Shown here: piece by piece, positions 41,366 to 49,818 of the stretch
Position numbering within the stretch: position 1 is the first letter of the stretch
Layout of the letters: each line of letters opens with the position of its first letter
NCBI GenBank assembly: GCA_002401345.1
Contig: NVSU01000005.1
Location: 1 to 54,153, forward strand
Direction: 5' to 3'
From: Candidatus Wolfebacteria bacterium
GTDB taxonomy: Bacteria; Patescibacteriota; Minisyncoccia; Phycocordibacterales; NVSU01
Length of the DNA stretch: 54,153 nucleotides
Notes under the pieces: model-generated
Databases searched by the model: none
What the model was told of the DNA's origin: nothing
What the model saw: only the letters and a program-made list of their open reading frames with translations
Translations under genes and position numbers: made by a program

Positions 41366-43642
41366 CTAATATATCCGTATTTCGTCTTCCCATCTCGAAA
41401 AATTTTGACTAGTAGACAAGCTTATCTCTAGTGTATCGAGGCTGTCTTGATCTGTTATTCCAGATGTATCAGGCTTGTCATTTGGAAGGAATGTACATCC
41501 GAATCCTGGAATAGGATTGAAACAACCTCCAACTCCAGGATAGTCTCTTCGCTCTGCGGGATATATATTTGGATTGTAATTTGGATTAACTGGAGCAGTT
41601 TGAGCAGTACATTGTAAGTTAAGAAACTCAATATATGTGTTATCTGTGCCTAGATTTTCTCTGTCAGCTATTACATTTTTTATGGCTGCAGTGTTTGCGA
41701 GTTGTGGTGCGATTCTGATAAATCGAGTTCTGAGCAGATTAAATTCTTCTACTTGAGTTTCATCAGCTATTCCATCATTCACAAGTGTTTGAACTTCAGC
41801 CAATAGGAATTCCAATTTGATACGTTCTCTGTTGGCAAGTGTTATTTTTTGAGAGTTTACACTTTGTACTTGATCATATTCCTCTATTCTTCTCACCTCA
41901 GTAATAGATTCTTCTACAAAGATAAATCCACCATCAAATATGTTTTGAGTAGAAAATCTATTAGCTATGAGTTGTGCATAGTCTCTAAGGAACGTATTGT
42001 ATGCAGTTGTAATGTTTATAATAGCTTGCTGTTTTTTCTCCGTTATTGTTTGTCCAATAATAGGGATGACTTCCCATCCACTAAAATTCCCATTAATAGC
42101 ACTAGCAATTTCTTGTGTTCGTTCAATAGTTCTCACTTGCGCTCTTTGAAACCATGTAGGAGTTGGTCCAGGAATACAATAATCGAGTGAACGTAGACCA
42201 GCTCCAAGTACACCTAGTTCAGTGTTGTAGGTGTTCAATTCAGTAACATAATCAAGTTGATTTTGAATAAGTGTTGGCAGTTCGTCTACAAGACTCAGGG
42301 TTTCTTCTGGAGCTGTGCCAAGGTGATCTATAATACCTTGATCGTCAAAGCTGGTTCCGAATACATGTCCCCCAAAGGTACCTGAGCTTGTTGTGACAGC
42401 ACCGTCATCTGTAAATTCGATTTGAGAAAGTCCTTCTTGAATAAGTTGATTTAGAAGTGCATCAATCATGGCTGAAATTACTTCATTGAGCTCATCAGCA
42501 AGCTCAAGCTGATTTTGTTTTGAACCGAGCGTAATATTTGCTTGATGTGCAATTGTTTGTCCGGGTGTTGCATTAGCCCAGCGTGCACAGTTTTGATCAT
42601 CCCAATCAATATTTGGATTTGTGACATTGTCTTTGTCTAATACACAGAGTTTTGTAGAAAGAAATCCATTACCTTGATTAAGTTCATCTCGGAATTGTTC
42701 AGCAAGAGAAAGTCGTGTTCCTCTGGTTCTGCGAAGATTTTCTTGGGCAGTTATGAAGCGAAAGCCAATCGGGTTGTTTTGTGGCAGAAGTGTCATCGCA
42801 AGCCATGCACCCCAGCCCCCCACTCTAAAGTCTGCATTAAAATCAGTATGATTAAATCCCTCTAAGAGAACTTCATTTAAGGTAAAGCGTGCATTTCTCT
42901 CGAATTGAAACGTTATAGAATTTTTTAATGATGCGGCAACCTCAGCGCCAAATGGATAATTGATAGGATCAAACCCAATTACGCTTACCAATCCATTTAC
43001 TTCTCTTTTGTACAGATTTTCAAAAAAAGATTGAGGATTTTCTAAAAATAATGGTTGTCCTTGAAAACCATTGTTGATCCATGCGATGGTCTGCACTCCA
43101 AGCTCTCGTACGAGTTCTTTTGCTGCAAAGAATGCAATCGCATCCAAACATGTTTCCTTATTATTTGCTGCTACTTCTTCCTTTTGTATTTTTTTGTTTA
43201 TTTTTTTGATGTTTTTAGCTATTTGATTACCTGTTCGTTGTGCTGCTATTGCCCCTGCGTCATGTGTGGGTACGCTTGTACCGGCAATATTAGTTACAGT
43301 TCCAGCAAGATTTGTTCCTATTATTCCTGTAAGACTTTCATCAATTCCGAGTTCTTCAATTTCATCTACAGGGAACACTGGTAGATCATCACCTCCAAAA
43401 AAATCTTTTATACCCCCTATACCACCTGCACATCCTAGAATAGTAGTTGCAAGACCGCCAAGTGAGACATTTCCCAACACACCAGTTCCACCACCAAATG
43501 TACCAGCTCCACCAGCTCCAAATGTACTTATAGATTGAGCATGCACAGGATATGACGGAACAAGTAATAGAGATGGAACAAGTATTCCTATCATGAAAAT
43601 AAATGAAGTAATTTTTTTTGTTTGTGTTTTTATTTTTATCAT
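41366..43642 (-). CDS. Large secreted hypothetical protein
   Basis: 758 aa. Signal peptide (..SYPVHA-Q), Gly-rich N-terminal segment, no recognised domain. Confidence 0.5.
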   Translation of the reverse strand: MIKIKTQTKKITSFIFMIGILVPSLLLVPSYPVHAQSISTFGAGGAGTFGGGTGVLGNVSLGGLATTILGCAGGIGGIKDFFGGDDLPVFPVDEIEELGIDESLTGIIGTNLAGTVTNIAGTSVPTHDAGAIAAQRTGNQIAKNIKKINKKIQKEEVAANNKETCLDAIAFFAAKELVRELGVQTIAWINNGFQGQPLFLENPQSFFENLYKREVNGLVSVIGFDPINYPFGAEVAASLKNSITFQFERNARFTLNEVLLEGFNHTDFNADFRVGGWGAWLAMTLLPQNNPIGFRFITAQENLRRTRGTRLSLAEQFRDELNQGNGFLSTKLCVLDKDNVTNPNIDWDDQNCARWANATPGQTIAHQANITLGSKQNQLELADELNEVISAMIDALLNQLIQEGLSQIEFTDDGAVTTSSGTFGGHVFGTSFDDQGIIDHLGTAPEETLSLVDELPTLIQNQLDYVTELNTYNTELGVLGAGLRSLDYCIPGPTPTWFQRAQVRTIERTQEIASAINGNFSGWEVIPIIGQTITEKKQQAIINITTAYNTFLRDYAQLIANRFSTQNIFDGGFIFVEESITEVRRIEEYDQVQSVNSQKITLANRERIKLEFLLAEVQTLVNDGIADETQVEEFNLLRTRFIRIAPQLANTAAIKNVIADRENLGTDNTYIEFLNLQCTAQTAPVNPNYNPNIYPAERRDYPGVGGCFNPIPGFGCTFLPNDKPDTSGITDQDSLDTLEISLSTSQNFSRWEDEIRIY

Positions 43643-43660
43643 AAAACGCAGACTATTTTG

Positions 43661-44572
43661 TTAAAGTATACCATTTTGAGCAAAGTAATTATTGAGTTTT
43701 TCAGCAGAGGAGACAAAAATATCACTTGAAGATCGATAGCGTGCAATCCCACTAATTCCGACGACTGGATTTGAAAATATTTGCTTCATATCTTCGATTG
43801 ACGCACCGATAGCAAGTGCTCCATTCACCAAATCTAAATGTGTTGACTGAATAGCTGTGGGAACTGAAATATTTTTGCTCTCTTTTGCAAATGACACGTA
43901 TGCCAGACCCAATTCTTGAAGTTGGGTAATGACAGTTTTGTCTCCTGTTTGGATTGCGAGTGCTAAAAGTTCAAGTTCAGATCCAAGATTAGAATTTTTA
44001 TAGTTCGCTCGGACAGTATCCAAGTCTTCTTTATACGTACTCGTATTTGTTGACGAAGAAGAAACTGTAGTGAGGTCTGTGAGAGCGTAGCTTAGTGGAG
44101 TGTCCCCAGATAAAATAGAGTCACTTAGAGAATTTGAGAGATCATTGATTGACTCCTCAGTTAATCCACCAGACTGTTGAAGCGCAATAACAGTTGTGAA
44201 AAATTCTCGAGCAAATGTTTCGGTTTCATTTAGGTCACCATTTATTTCGGAGCCATTTTGTACTGAAGGAAGTTCTTGTCGTCGGGCTTCAATTTCTTCT
44301 CCATCAAGAGTTCCGTCATTGTCTGTGTCGGGATTAAATGGGTCAGTCCCCCATAGAGATTCTTCCCAATCTTTGAGACCATCTCCATCTGTATCTGCTT
44401 CGATCACATCTCCAAATTCTACCGCCTCAAGTGACGCAGTCGGGATGCGATTGTTTTTGAAAGAGATTTTTTTACTACTTCCGAGATTGAGCAATAAAAA
44501 AAGTATCACTAGTACTACTAATGATGAAAGTGCAATGAGTATAAATTTTTTACTCGGTAAATAGTTGTTCAT
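43661..44572 (-). CDS. Membrane-anchored protein with thrombospondin type-3-like calcium-binding repeats
   Basis: N-terminal TM. DTDGDGLKDWEESLWGTDPFNPDTDNDGTLDGEE. Confidence 0.55.
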   Translation of the reverse strand: MNNYLPSKKFILIALSSLVVLVILFLLLNLGSSKKISFKNNRIPTASLEAVEFGDVIEADTDGDGLKDWEESLWGTDPFNPDTDNDGTLDGEEIEARRQELPSVQNGSEINGDLNETETFAREFFTTVIALQQSGGLTEESINDLSNSLSDSILSGDTPLSYALTDLTTVSSSSTNTSTYKEDLDTVRANYKNSNLGSELELLALAIQTGDKTVITQLQELGLAYVSFAKESKNISVPTAIQSTHLDLVNGALAIGASIEDMKQIFSNPVVGISGIARYRSSSDIFVSSAEKLNNYFAQNGIL

Positions 44573-44584
44573 AATAAGTTATGA

Positions 44585-44935
44585 CTATCGCATCGATACA
44601 CCAAAGAGTGTAATTGAAAATGTTGGGACAGGTACTGGAGGAGTAGTAGTTGTAAAACATGACCCAGGAGTTAATATAGGATTATAGAGACCCAATATCC
44701 ATTGCCCAGGTGAAACAACTTTTTTAGTTGCAGTAATTATGTAGGGGGCAGGGGGAAATAAGGCTACAGGGACAATGGCGATGACTCCATGTTGAGCAGC
44801 ACACTTTACTCCAGGTATTTTGGTCGAAATGATTTTCCCTCCGAATGGTCTAAGGAGACTTTGGGCAAATGTAGTTTGTGCGACAAAAAATATTGTGAGC
44901 GCAATAAAAAAAATCGTAAATTTGGATGTGTTCAT
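44585..44935 (-). CDS. Small secreted protein (first gene of the T4SS-like locus)
   Basis: 116 aa. Signal ..AQTTFA-Q. Two Cys and a Pro-rich C-terminus. Confidence 0.5.
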   Translation of the reverse strand: MNTSKFTIFFIALTIFFVAQTTFAQSLLRPFGGKIISTKIPGVKCAAQHGVIAIVPVALFPPAPYIITATKKVVSPGQWILGLYNPILTPGSCFTTTTPPVPVPTFSITLFGVSMR

Positions 44936-44992
44936 ATTGCTTTCATTATAGCACTATATTTCCTTACATAACCCTTGTGTTGTAAGGGGTTT

Positions 44993-45001
44993 TGTGGATA
45001 A
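44993..45001. promoter_or_regulatory. Perfect DnaA box (TGTGGATAA)
   Basis: Exact 9-mer in the spacer between rsmA and the T4SS-like locus. Confidence 0.35.
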
Positions 45002-45020
45002 ATTAGATACATATAAAGAG

Positions 45021-45899
45021 CTAAGAATTGATTCCTTTTGTGAGACATTTCCAGTCGTTCAAAGTAAGATTTTCAGCCCGAGAATTATCTGGTAATGCAC
45101 ATGCACTCAGAATTTCTTTTTTATCTGTCTGAATGGATGACTTTTCGGTCTCATTAAAAAGAGGTTTAATGTTGCTCATGAGTAATTTTCGTTTATGTGA
45201 GAATCCAGCCTTCAGAACTTTAAAAAAATCTGTTTCGTTTATGGTATCAAAAAAATCTCGTGATATTTTGCGTACAGAAAGTATAGCTGAGTCTACTTTT
45301 GGGGCAGGAGAGAATAGTCGAGCAGGTACTTTTTCTACATACGTTGGCATTCCATATGCCTTTACACTTATTGAGAGAATGCTTTCCCTAAATCGCCTTT
45401 CGGGCGATCGGGCGACTGCGCCCGCTGGGCGCGGTTTAGCCTTTTTTCTTCGTTTTTCTATCCCAACAATTCGACGGGCAACTTCTTTTTGAACAAGTAT
45501 GGTAATAATTTCTGGTTGATGTTCTGTTTCGAGGAATTTTTTTAATATTGCCCCTGTAATGTAATACGGTATATTGGCCACTATTTTATAGGGGTTTTTA
45601 TCCAAATCAGCACTTTTAGGTTCAAAATCGAGAATATCTCCCTCGAGTAGGGTAAGTGTCCCTTTGTCTATCTCTTTTTTGAACTTTTCTTTTAAATATT
45701 CGACTAGTCTAGTGTCTTTTTCAATTGCGATAATTTTTTTTGCATGTGTCAGAAGTTTTTCTGTGAGGATTCCCTTCCCGGGACCGATTTCTAACACAAT
45801 ATCGTTCTCATTTATATTAGATGCATTCAACATAGACATCACAACTTTCTGTGATTTTAGGAAATTTTGTCCAAAAGTTTTGTTTGGTCTGAGGTTCAT
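45021..45899 (-). CDS. rsmA: 16S rRNA (adenine1518/1519-N6)-dimethyltransferase RsmA/KsgA with an internal insertion
   Basis: FGQNFL, VLEIGPGKGILTEKL, VANIPYYITG, VQKEVARRI, PKVDSAIL. An extra basic segment KRRKKAKPRPAGAVARSPERRFRES follows VQKEVARRIVG. Confidence 0.9.
   Translation of the reverse strand: MNLRPNKTFGQNFLKSQKVVMSMLNASNINENDIVLEIGPGKGILTEKLLTHAKKIIAIEKDTRLVEYLKEKFKKEIDKGTLTLLEGDILDFEPKSADLDKNPYKIVANIPYYITGAILKKFLETEHQPEIITILVQKEVARRIVGIEKRRKKAKPRPAGAVARSPERRFRESILSISVKAYGMPTYVEKVPARLFSPAPKVDSAILSVRKISRDFFDTINETDFFKVLKAGFSHKRKLLMSNIKPLFNETEKSSIQTDKKEILSACALPDNSRAENLTLNDWKCLTKGINS
45392..45441. repeat. GC-rich multi-hairpin insertion inside rsmA
   Basis: atcgcc-tttcg-ggcgat and cgggcg-actg-cgcccg (alternative gcgccc-gct-gggcgc). 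36 of 50 nt are G/C by my count, in an AT-rich gene. Confidence 0.7.
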
Positions 45900-46023
45900 C
45901 CCGTTAGAGATAGGAAATGATTACATTTCCGTGTAACTCATTCCTATGATCATTATTGTTAATTATTTTGTCTACTACTCTTCCTCCCATATACATAACA
46001 TTGCGATCTCTAACGGGATTCAT
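45898..46023 (-). repeat. Second copy of the MNPV cassette, abutting the rsmA start codon
   Basis: atcccgttagagat (45898-45911) / atctctaacgggat (46006-46019). On the minus strand ...TAA CGGG ATG(rsmA). Internal hairpin ggaaatg-taat-catttcc. Confidence 0.8.
45904..46023 (-). CDS. 39-codon small ORF (MNPV cassette peptide) immediately upstream of rsmA
   Basis: MNPVRDRNVMYMGGRVVDKIINNNDHRNELHGNVIISYL. Same length and same termini as the ruvC-linked copy. The longer 64-aa track ORF is probably an artefactual extension. Confidence 0.4.
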   Translation of the reverse strand: MNPVRDRNVMYMGGRVVDKIINNNDHRNELHGNVIISYL

Positions 46024-46489
46024 AATATTTTTCAAAATGATCTCTTTAGTATAGCAATATATTGTGATTTTTTTGACACTTATAGATAAATTAGTCAATT
46101 TTTTGATTATCCCCAGACCCTCTCTAGGTGCTTGACATAATTATGCTATTTGATACCATAGGGGCGTACAGATATTTCCAGATTTTCGAAGAAATCCCTT
46201 GTAAATAAAGGTTTTTTGGAGAAAAGAAGCGGTTGAAATCACGTAATAATCATTAGATTTAATACAGACTTCTTAAAGATTTTTTAGGTAGTTTTCAAAA
46301 TCTAATGACCACATACTCTTTGTAAGAGTTATCGGAAGAAATATACAGTATTTTCAATAATCCGACTCTTATAATTGAGAAAAAAGACTTATAATACTCG
46401 ACAAAAAAGACCCTGATCCCTCTTTATCAGATACGACTAGAAATCAGGATACATACAAATCATCATCTCTTCAGATTAAGAAGGTAGGA

Positions 46490-47518
46490 GTGTTTGTGTT
46501 GGCTATGATGATAACTTTTAGTATTCCACTTTCGACAATGGCAAGCTTTTTGTCTGTCGTAGGTGATATTTTTTCATCCGATAGGAATAAAGTAGTGGAA
46601 GTTGAATACAATTCTCAAACATTACAACTTTTGGAAACTTCCTTAGTGTCTGACATTAATGTTGCACGAGGTGGTCCAGAAATAACTATTAGTGATAACA
46701 CTGCACTCGTTCCTGAACTAAGTCCACTCGGATATGCAATAGAATTTAAAGAAGACTTAGCCTCATCAGATGAGATTAGTCTTTATGTGGTACGAGATGG
46801 AGATACACTTTCTCAAATAGCTAAAATGTTTGGTGTATCAATAAATACTATTAAATGGGCAAATGACATTAGTGTTCGTGGGTCTATAAAGCCTGGGCAA
46901 ACTCTTACAATACTTCCTATATCTGGAATTAAATATACTATTAAAAAAGGAGATACATTAAGAAGTATCACAAAGAAACATAAAGGTGACATTAAAGAGA
47001 TCGGTATCTTTAATGGAATAACCGAGGATACTATACTTGCGATAGGTGATGAGATCATTATTCCGGACGGAGAATTTGGTTCAACATCTACAAAGAAATC
47101 TAAAAAGAAGAGTAAGAAAAAATCATTACGTGCACCAGCTGCAAACGGATTCTACGGACAACCTGTGGCCGCGCGGTTTGGAAGAAAGACACAAGGATTT
47201 CACGGTCCATATCAAGCGGTAGACTTTGGGGCACCAACAGGTACTCCTGTTGTTGCGATGGCTGCGGGTACTGTTATAACAGTACGATCTCCTGATAGAT
47301 GGAATGGAGGATATGGAGGAATGGTTGTAATCAAGCATGATAACAACTCTCAAACATTGTATGCCCACAACAGTAAAAATATTGTTTCAGTAGGTCAGAA
47401 AGTAACAAAAGGAGAAAAGATTGCTGAAGTTGGATCAACTGGACGCTCAACTGGCCCTCATGTTCACTTTGAAGTTAGAGGAATAGGAGAACCAATCAAG
47501 ACACCACGAGTTTATTAA
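46490..47518 (+). CDS. Two LysM domains plus an M23 family peptidase
   Basis: LysM: YVVRDGDTLSQIAKMFGVSINTIKWAN and YTIKKGDTLRSITKKH. M23: GFHGPYQAVDFGAPTGTPV, GSTGRSTGPHVHFEVR. Start uncertain (GTG 46490 or 46496, or ATG 46505) after aaggtaggag. Confidence 0.85.
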   Translation: MFVLAMMITFSIPLSTMASFLSVVGDIFSSDRNKVVEVEYNSQTLQLLETSLVSDINVARGGPEITISDNTALVPELSPLGYAIEFKEDLASSDEISLYVVRDGDTLSQIAKMFGVSINTIKWANDISVRGSIKPGQTLTILPISGIKYTIKKGDTLRSITKKHKGDIKEIGIFNGITEDTILAIGDEIIIPDGEFGSTSTKKSKKKSKKKSLRAPAANGFYGQPVAARFGRKTQGFHGPYQAVDFGAPTGTPVVAMAAGTVITVRSPDRWNGGYGGMVVIKHDNNSQTLYAHNSKNIVSVGQKVTKGEKIAEVGSTGRSTGPHVHFEVRGIGEPIKTPRVY

Positions 47519-47544
47519 TAAGTGTTCTAGAAAAATACTCAATA

Positions 47545-47576
47545 TAAAAAAATCCCTCTCACGAGGGATTTTTTTA
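47545..47576. terminator. Bidirectional terminator between convergent genes
   Basis: aatccctc-tcac-gagggatt flanked by A- and T-runs. Confidence 0.7.
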
Positions 47577-47579
47577 TAT

Positions 47580-49118
47580 CTAACGGGGTCGGTATTGGAG
47601 TGCTTCTAGGATATGAGTGTCATGTATAGACTCACTTGTATCAAGGTCCGCGATGGTTTGGGCGAGTTTTAATACGCGATGGTATCCTCGTGGTGAGAGA
47701 TTAAGTTTTTTCGCACTCTCGTTCAGTAGTGTTTTAACATCGTCACTGAGAGATATGGTTGATTGAAGATCTTTCACGTTCATTTCACTATTTTTTTGAA
47801 TGTTTCGTTCAAGTTTTTCAAATCGTTTCCTTTGAATGTCTCGCGCATCCTCAACTCTCTTTTTTATGACCTTTGTTTCATCTCCACTTTTACTCTTTGA
47901 GCTCAATGTATCAAAATCTATATTTTCTACTTGTACCCACATATCAATTCTATCCATAATCGGTCCTGAAACTTTTCTTTGATATCGCGCGAGGTCTGAC
48001 GGAGTACAAATACATTCCTTTGCATTTGTTCTGTAGTTACCACACGGACAGGGATTCATCGCTGCAATTAAAATAAAGTTTGAAGGAAAGTGAGCTGTTC
48101 CCTTTGCACGAGAGATCACTACAATATTATCTTCAAGTGGTTGTCGCAGAGATTCTATTGCCCGACGTTCAAACTCAGGGAACTCATCTAAGAAAAGCAC
48201 ACCTCTGTGTGCCAGGGTCACTTCTCCGGGTTTTGGATATGTTCCACCACCTATTAACGACACATATGAAGAGGTATGGTGAGGAGATCTGAAAGGTGGA
48301 TCTGTAACGAGTCCATCTTTAATTGCCCCTGCAATAGAGTGAATTCCAGTAATCTCTAGAATATCATCGTGTGAGAGTTTGGGAAGAATTGAAGAAAACA
48401 CACGTGCAAGCATTGTTTTTCCTGTCCCTGGTGGTCCTGACATTGCAATATTATGTCCTCCGGCCGCAGCAATCTCGAGTCCGCGTTTAACTGACGCTTG
48501 TCCTTTGATATCAGAAAAGTCGATGGTGTATTTTTGATCTTTGTACTTAATTTTAGTTTTGGGGAGTGCTTCAAGTGAAAAATCTTCTCCTTCATTTTCA
48601 ATAAGGTGGTCAATAATTTCTTTTAAGGTAGAGACTCCGTATATTGTTATTCCATCAACGAGTGCAGCCTCTTGAGCATTTTCTTTGGGAAGATAGAGTT
48701 CTTTAAACCCATTACGTTTTGCTTCTTGAGCTATTGGAAGTGCACCACGAATAGGTCGCAGTTCCCCATTGAGTGAGAGTTCACCAATGAACAATTTCTC
48801 TTCTGGATTAAATGAAATATATTTTTCTGAGAGCAAATATCCGAGTGCGATGGATAAATCAAAATATGAACCCTCCTTTTTAATCTCAGCTGGCGAAAGA
48901 GACACAATAATTTTTTGATATTGTTGTTTTGGCGGTTTATGGCCAGTATTTTTAATTGCTGATGACACACGGTCACGTGCTTCTTCAACTGCTTTATCAG
49001 GAAGACCAACTATAGAGAATGCATGAAGTGTATTTTTAGATACATCTACTTCAACGTCAATGATTTGACCCTTTAATGCGTTTGTTTGAGCTGAATATAC
49101 CCTTGAGAAGTTACTCAT
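47580..49118 (-). CDS. comM: YifB/ComM-family Mg-chelatase-like AAA+ ATPase
   Basis: Lon-like N-domain, Walker A MSGPPGTGKTM, VLFLDEFPEF, C-terminal ..ILEALQYR. Confidence 0.9.
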   Translation of the reverse strand: MSNFSRVYSAQTNALKGQIIDVEVDVSKNTLHAFSIVGLPDKAVEEARDRVSSAIKNTGHKPPKQQYQKIIVSLSPAEIKKEGSYFDLSIALGYLLSEKYISFNPEEKLFIGELSLNGELRPIRGALPIAQEAKRNGFKELYLPKENAQEAALVDGITIYGVSTLKEIIDHLIENEGEDFSLEALPKTKIKYKDQKYTIDFSDIKGQASVKRGLEIAAAGGHNIAMSGPPGTGKTMLARVFSSILPKLSHDDILEITGIHSIAGAIKDGLVTDPPFRSPHHTSSYVSLIGGGTYPKPGEVTLAHRGVLFLDEFPEFERRAIESLRQPLEDNIVVISRAKGTAHFPSNFILIAAMNPCPCGNYRTNAKECICTPSDLARYQRKVSGPIMDRIDMWVQVENIDFDTLSSKSKSGDETKVIKKRVEDARDIQRKRFEKLERNIQKNSEMNVKDLQSTISLSDDVKTLLNESAKKLNLSPRGYHRVLKLAQTIADLDTSESIHDTHILEALQYRPR

Positions 49119-49141
49119 ATAGTTATTTTACCACTCTTTTT
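49071..49141. repeat. Direct repeat DR1 (comM 5' end plus upstream 23 nt)
   Basis: 71 nt, repeated at 49771-49841 exactly 700 nt away, with 5 substitutions and no indel. Confidence 0.9.
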
Positions 49142-49191
49142 TGTGCATAAAAAATAAATTGAAATTGATTTGAAAGACATATTGGTTAGTT

Positions 49192-49434
49192 TTATAATTT
49201 TTTATATATAGCATCTCCTCGTATGCTTATACAATCGATGATCATTAGATTATTTTCTGATCTAAAAATTATCCGTATCCTTCCCTTTCTAACACGAAAC
49301 ATATTATCAAACCCTTTCAATTTCCTTATATCAAGATATTTGGTATCTTTATTTTTTATCTTATCAATTATTTCCCTCACTCTTTTTCTGTCTTCTTTGT
49401 TTAGTTTTCGAAATTGTTTTTCCTTTTTATCCAT
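49192..49434 (-). CDS. RelE/ParE-family type II toxin
   Basis: 80 aa. ..LKGFDNMFRVRKGRIRIIFRSENNLMIIDCISIRGDAIY follows the RelE/ParE core pattern. Overlaps the antitoxin gene by 8 nt. Confidence 0.7.
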   Translation of the reverse strand: MDKKEKQFRKLNKEDRKRVREIIDKIKNKDTKYLDIRKLKGFDNMFRVRKGRIRIIFRSENNLMIIDCISIRGDAIYKKL

Positions 49435-49678
49435 CTATATTTTTAAGAGTTTTAAGGGCATCATCTAATGATATTCCACCAATATCTCTAAAATCAACAA
49501 CTGTCTCCCATGCTCCTTCGTCTCCCCAGGGATCTGTTGGTGAGATTTTAAAAACAGGAGAAGATCGACGAACAACGGTGAATGATTCGCCTTTTGTGAC
49601 ACGTTTTATATATTGCTCCATATTTTCACGAAGCTCCTTAAGTCCCACTATATTAGTTTTTTGTTTTAGTTTAGCCAT
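49427..49678 (-). CDS. Phd/YefM-like antitoxin
   Basis: 83 aa. VGLKELRENMEQYIKRVTKGESFTVVRRSSPVFKI resembles the Phd/YefM N-domain. Upstream of and overlapping the toxin. Confidence 0.6.
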   Translation of the reverse strand: MAKLKQKTNIVGLKELRENMEQYIKRVTKGESFTVVRRSSPVFKISPTDPWGDEGAWETVVDFRDIGGISLDDALKTLKNIDG

Positions 49679-49684
49679 ACTTAA

Positions 49685-49713
49685 AGTTTATCTTAAGATT
49701 AACTTACTGTCAA
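49685..49713 (-). promoter_or_regulatory. TA-module promoter (TTGACA-N17-TAAACT)
   Basis: tgtcaa at 49708-49713, agttta at 49685-49690 (minus-strand reading). Confidence 0.5.
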
Positions 49714-49722
49714 ATACATTTT

Positions 49723-49818
49723 CTAACCTCTTATATTAAAAATGAAGGAGGTCCAACCTCCTTCATTGCTCTTTAATGCGTTTGTTTGAGCCGAATAAAC
49801 CCGAGAAAAGTTACTCAT
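49723..49818 (-). pseudogene. Truncated duplicate of the comM 5' end
   Basis: MSNFSRVYSAQTNALK is identical to ComM residues 1-16. It then runs into the terminator hairpin and stops (31 codons). Confidence 0.65.
49741..49768 (-). terminator. Rho-independent terminator after the comM fragment
   Basis: aatgaaggaggt-ccaa-cctccttcatt. Followed by TTTTT on the minus strand. Confidence 0.65.

Noticed and set aside
27999-44935. Interpreting the VirB4 locus as an integrated conjugative element or prophage.
   Set aside because: There is no integrase, relaxase, coupling protein, replication or phage structural gene. No flanking direct repeats or tRNA are visible. Housekeeping genes lie on both sides close to the origin. 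This stays open only if such genes lie outside the window.
46024-46098. The 25-codon N-terminal extension of the small ORF at 45904-46098 (MTNLSISVKKITIYCYTKEIILKNI...).
   Set aside because: The ruvC-linked homolog starts exactly at MNPVRD, and sequence similarity between the two copies begins there. The extension is probably fortuitous.
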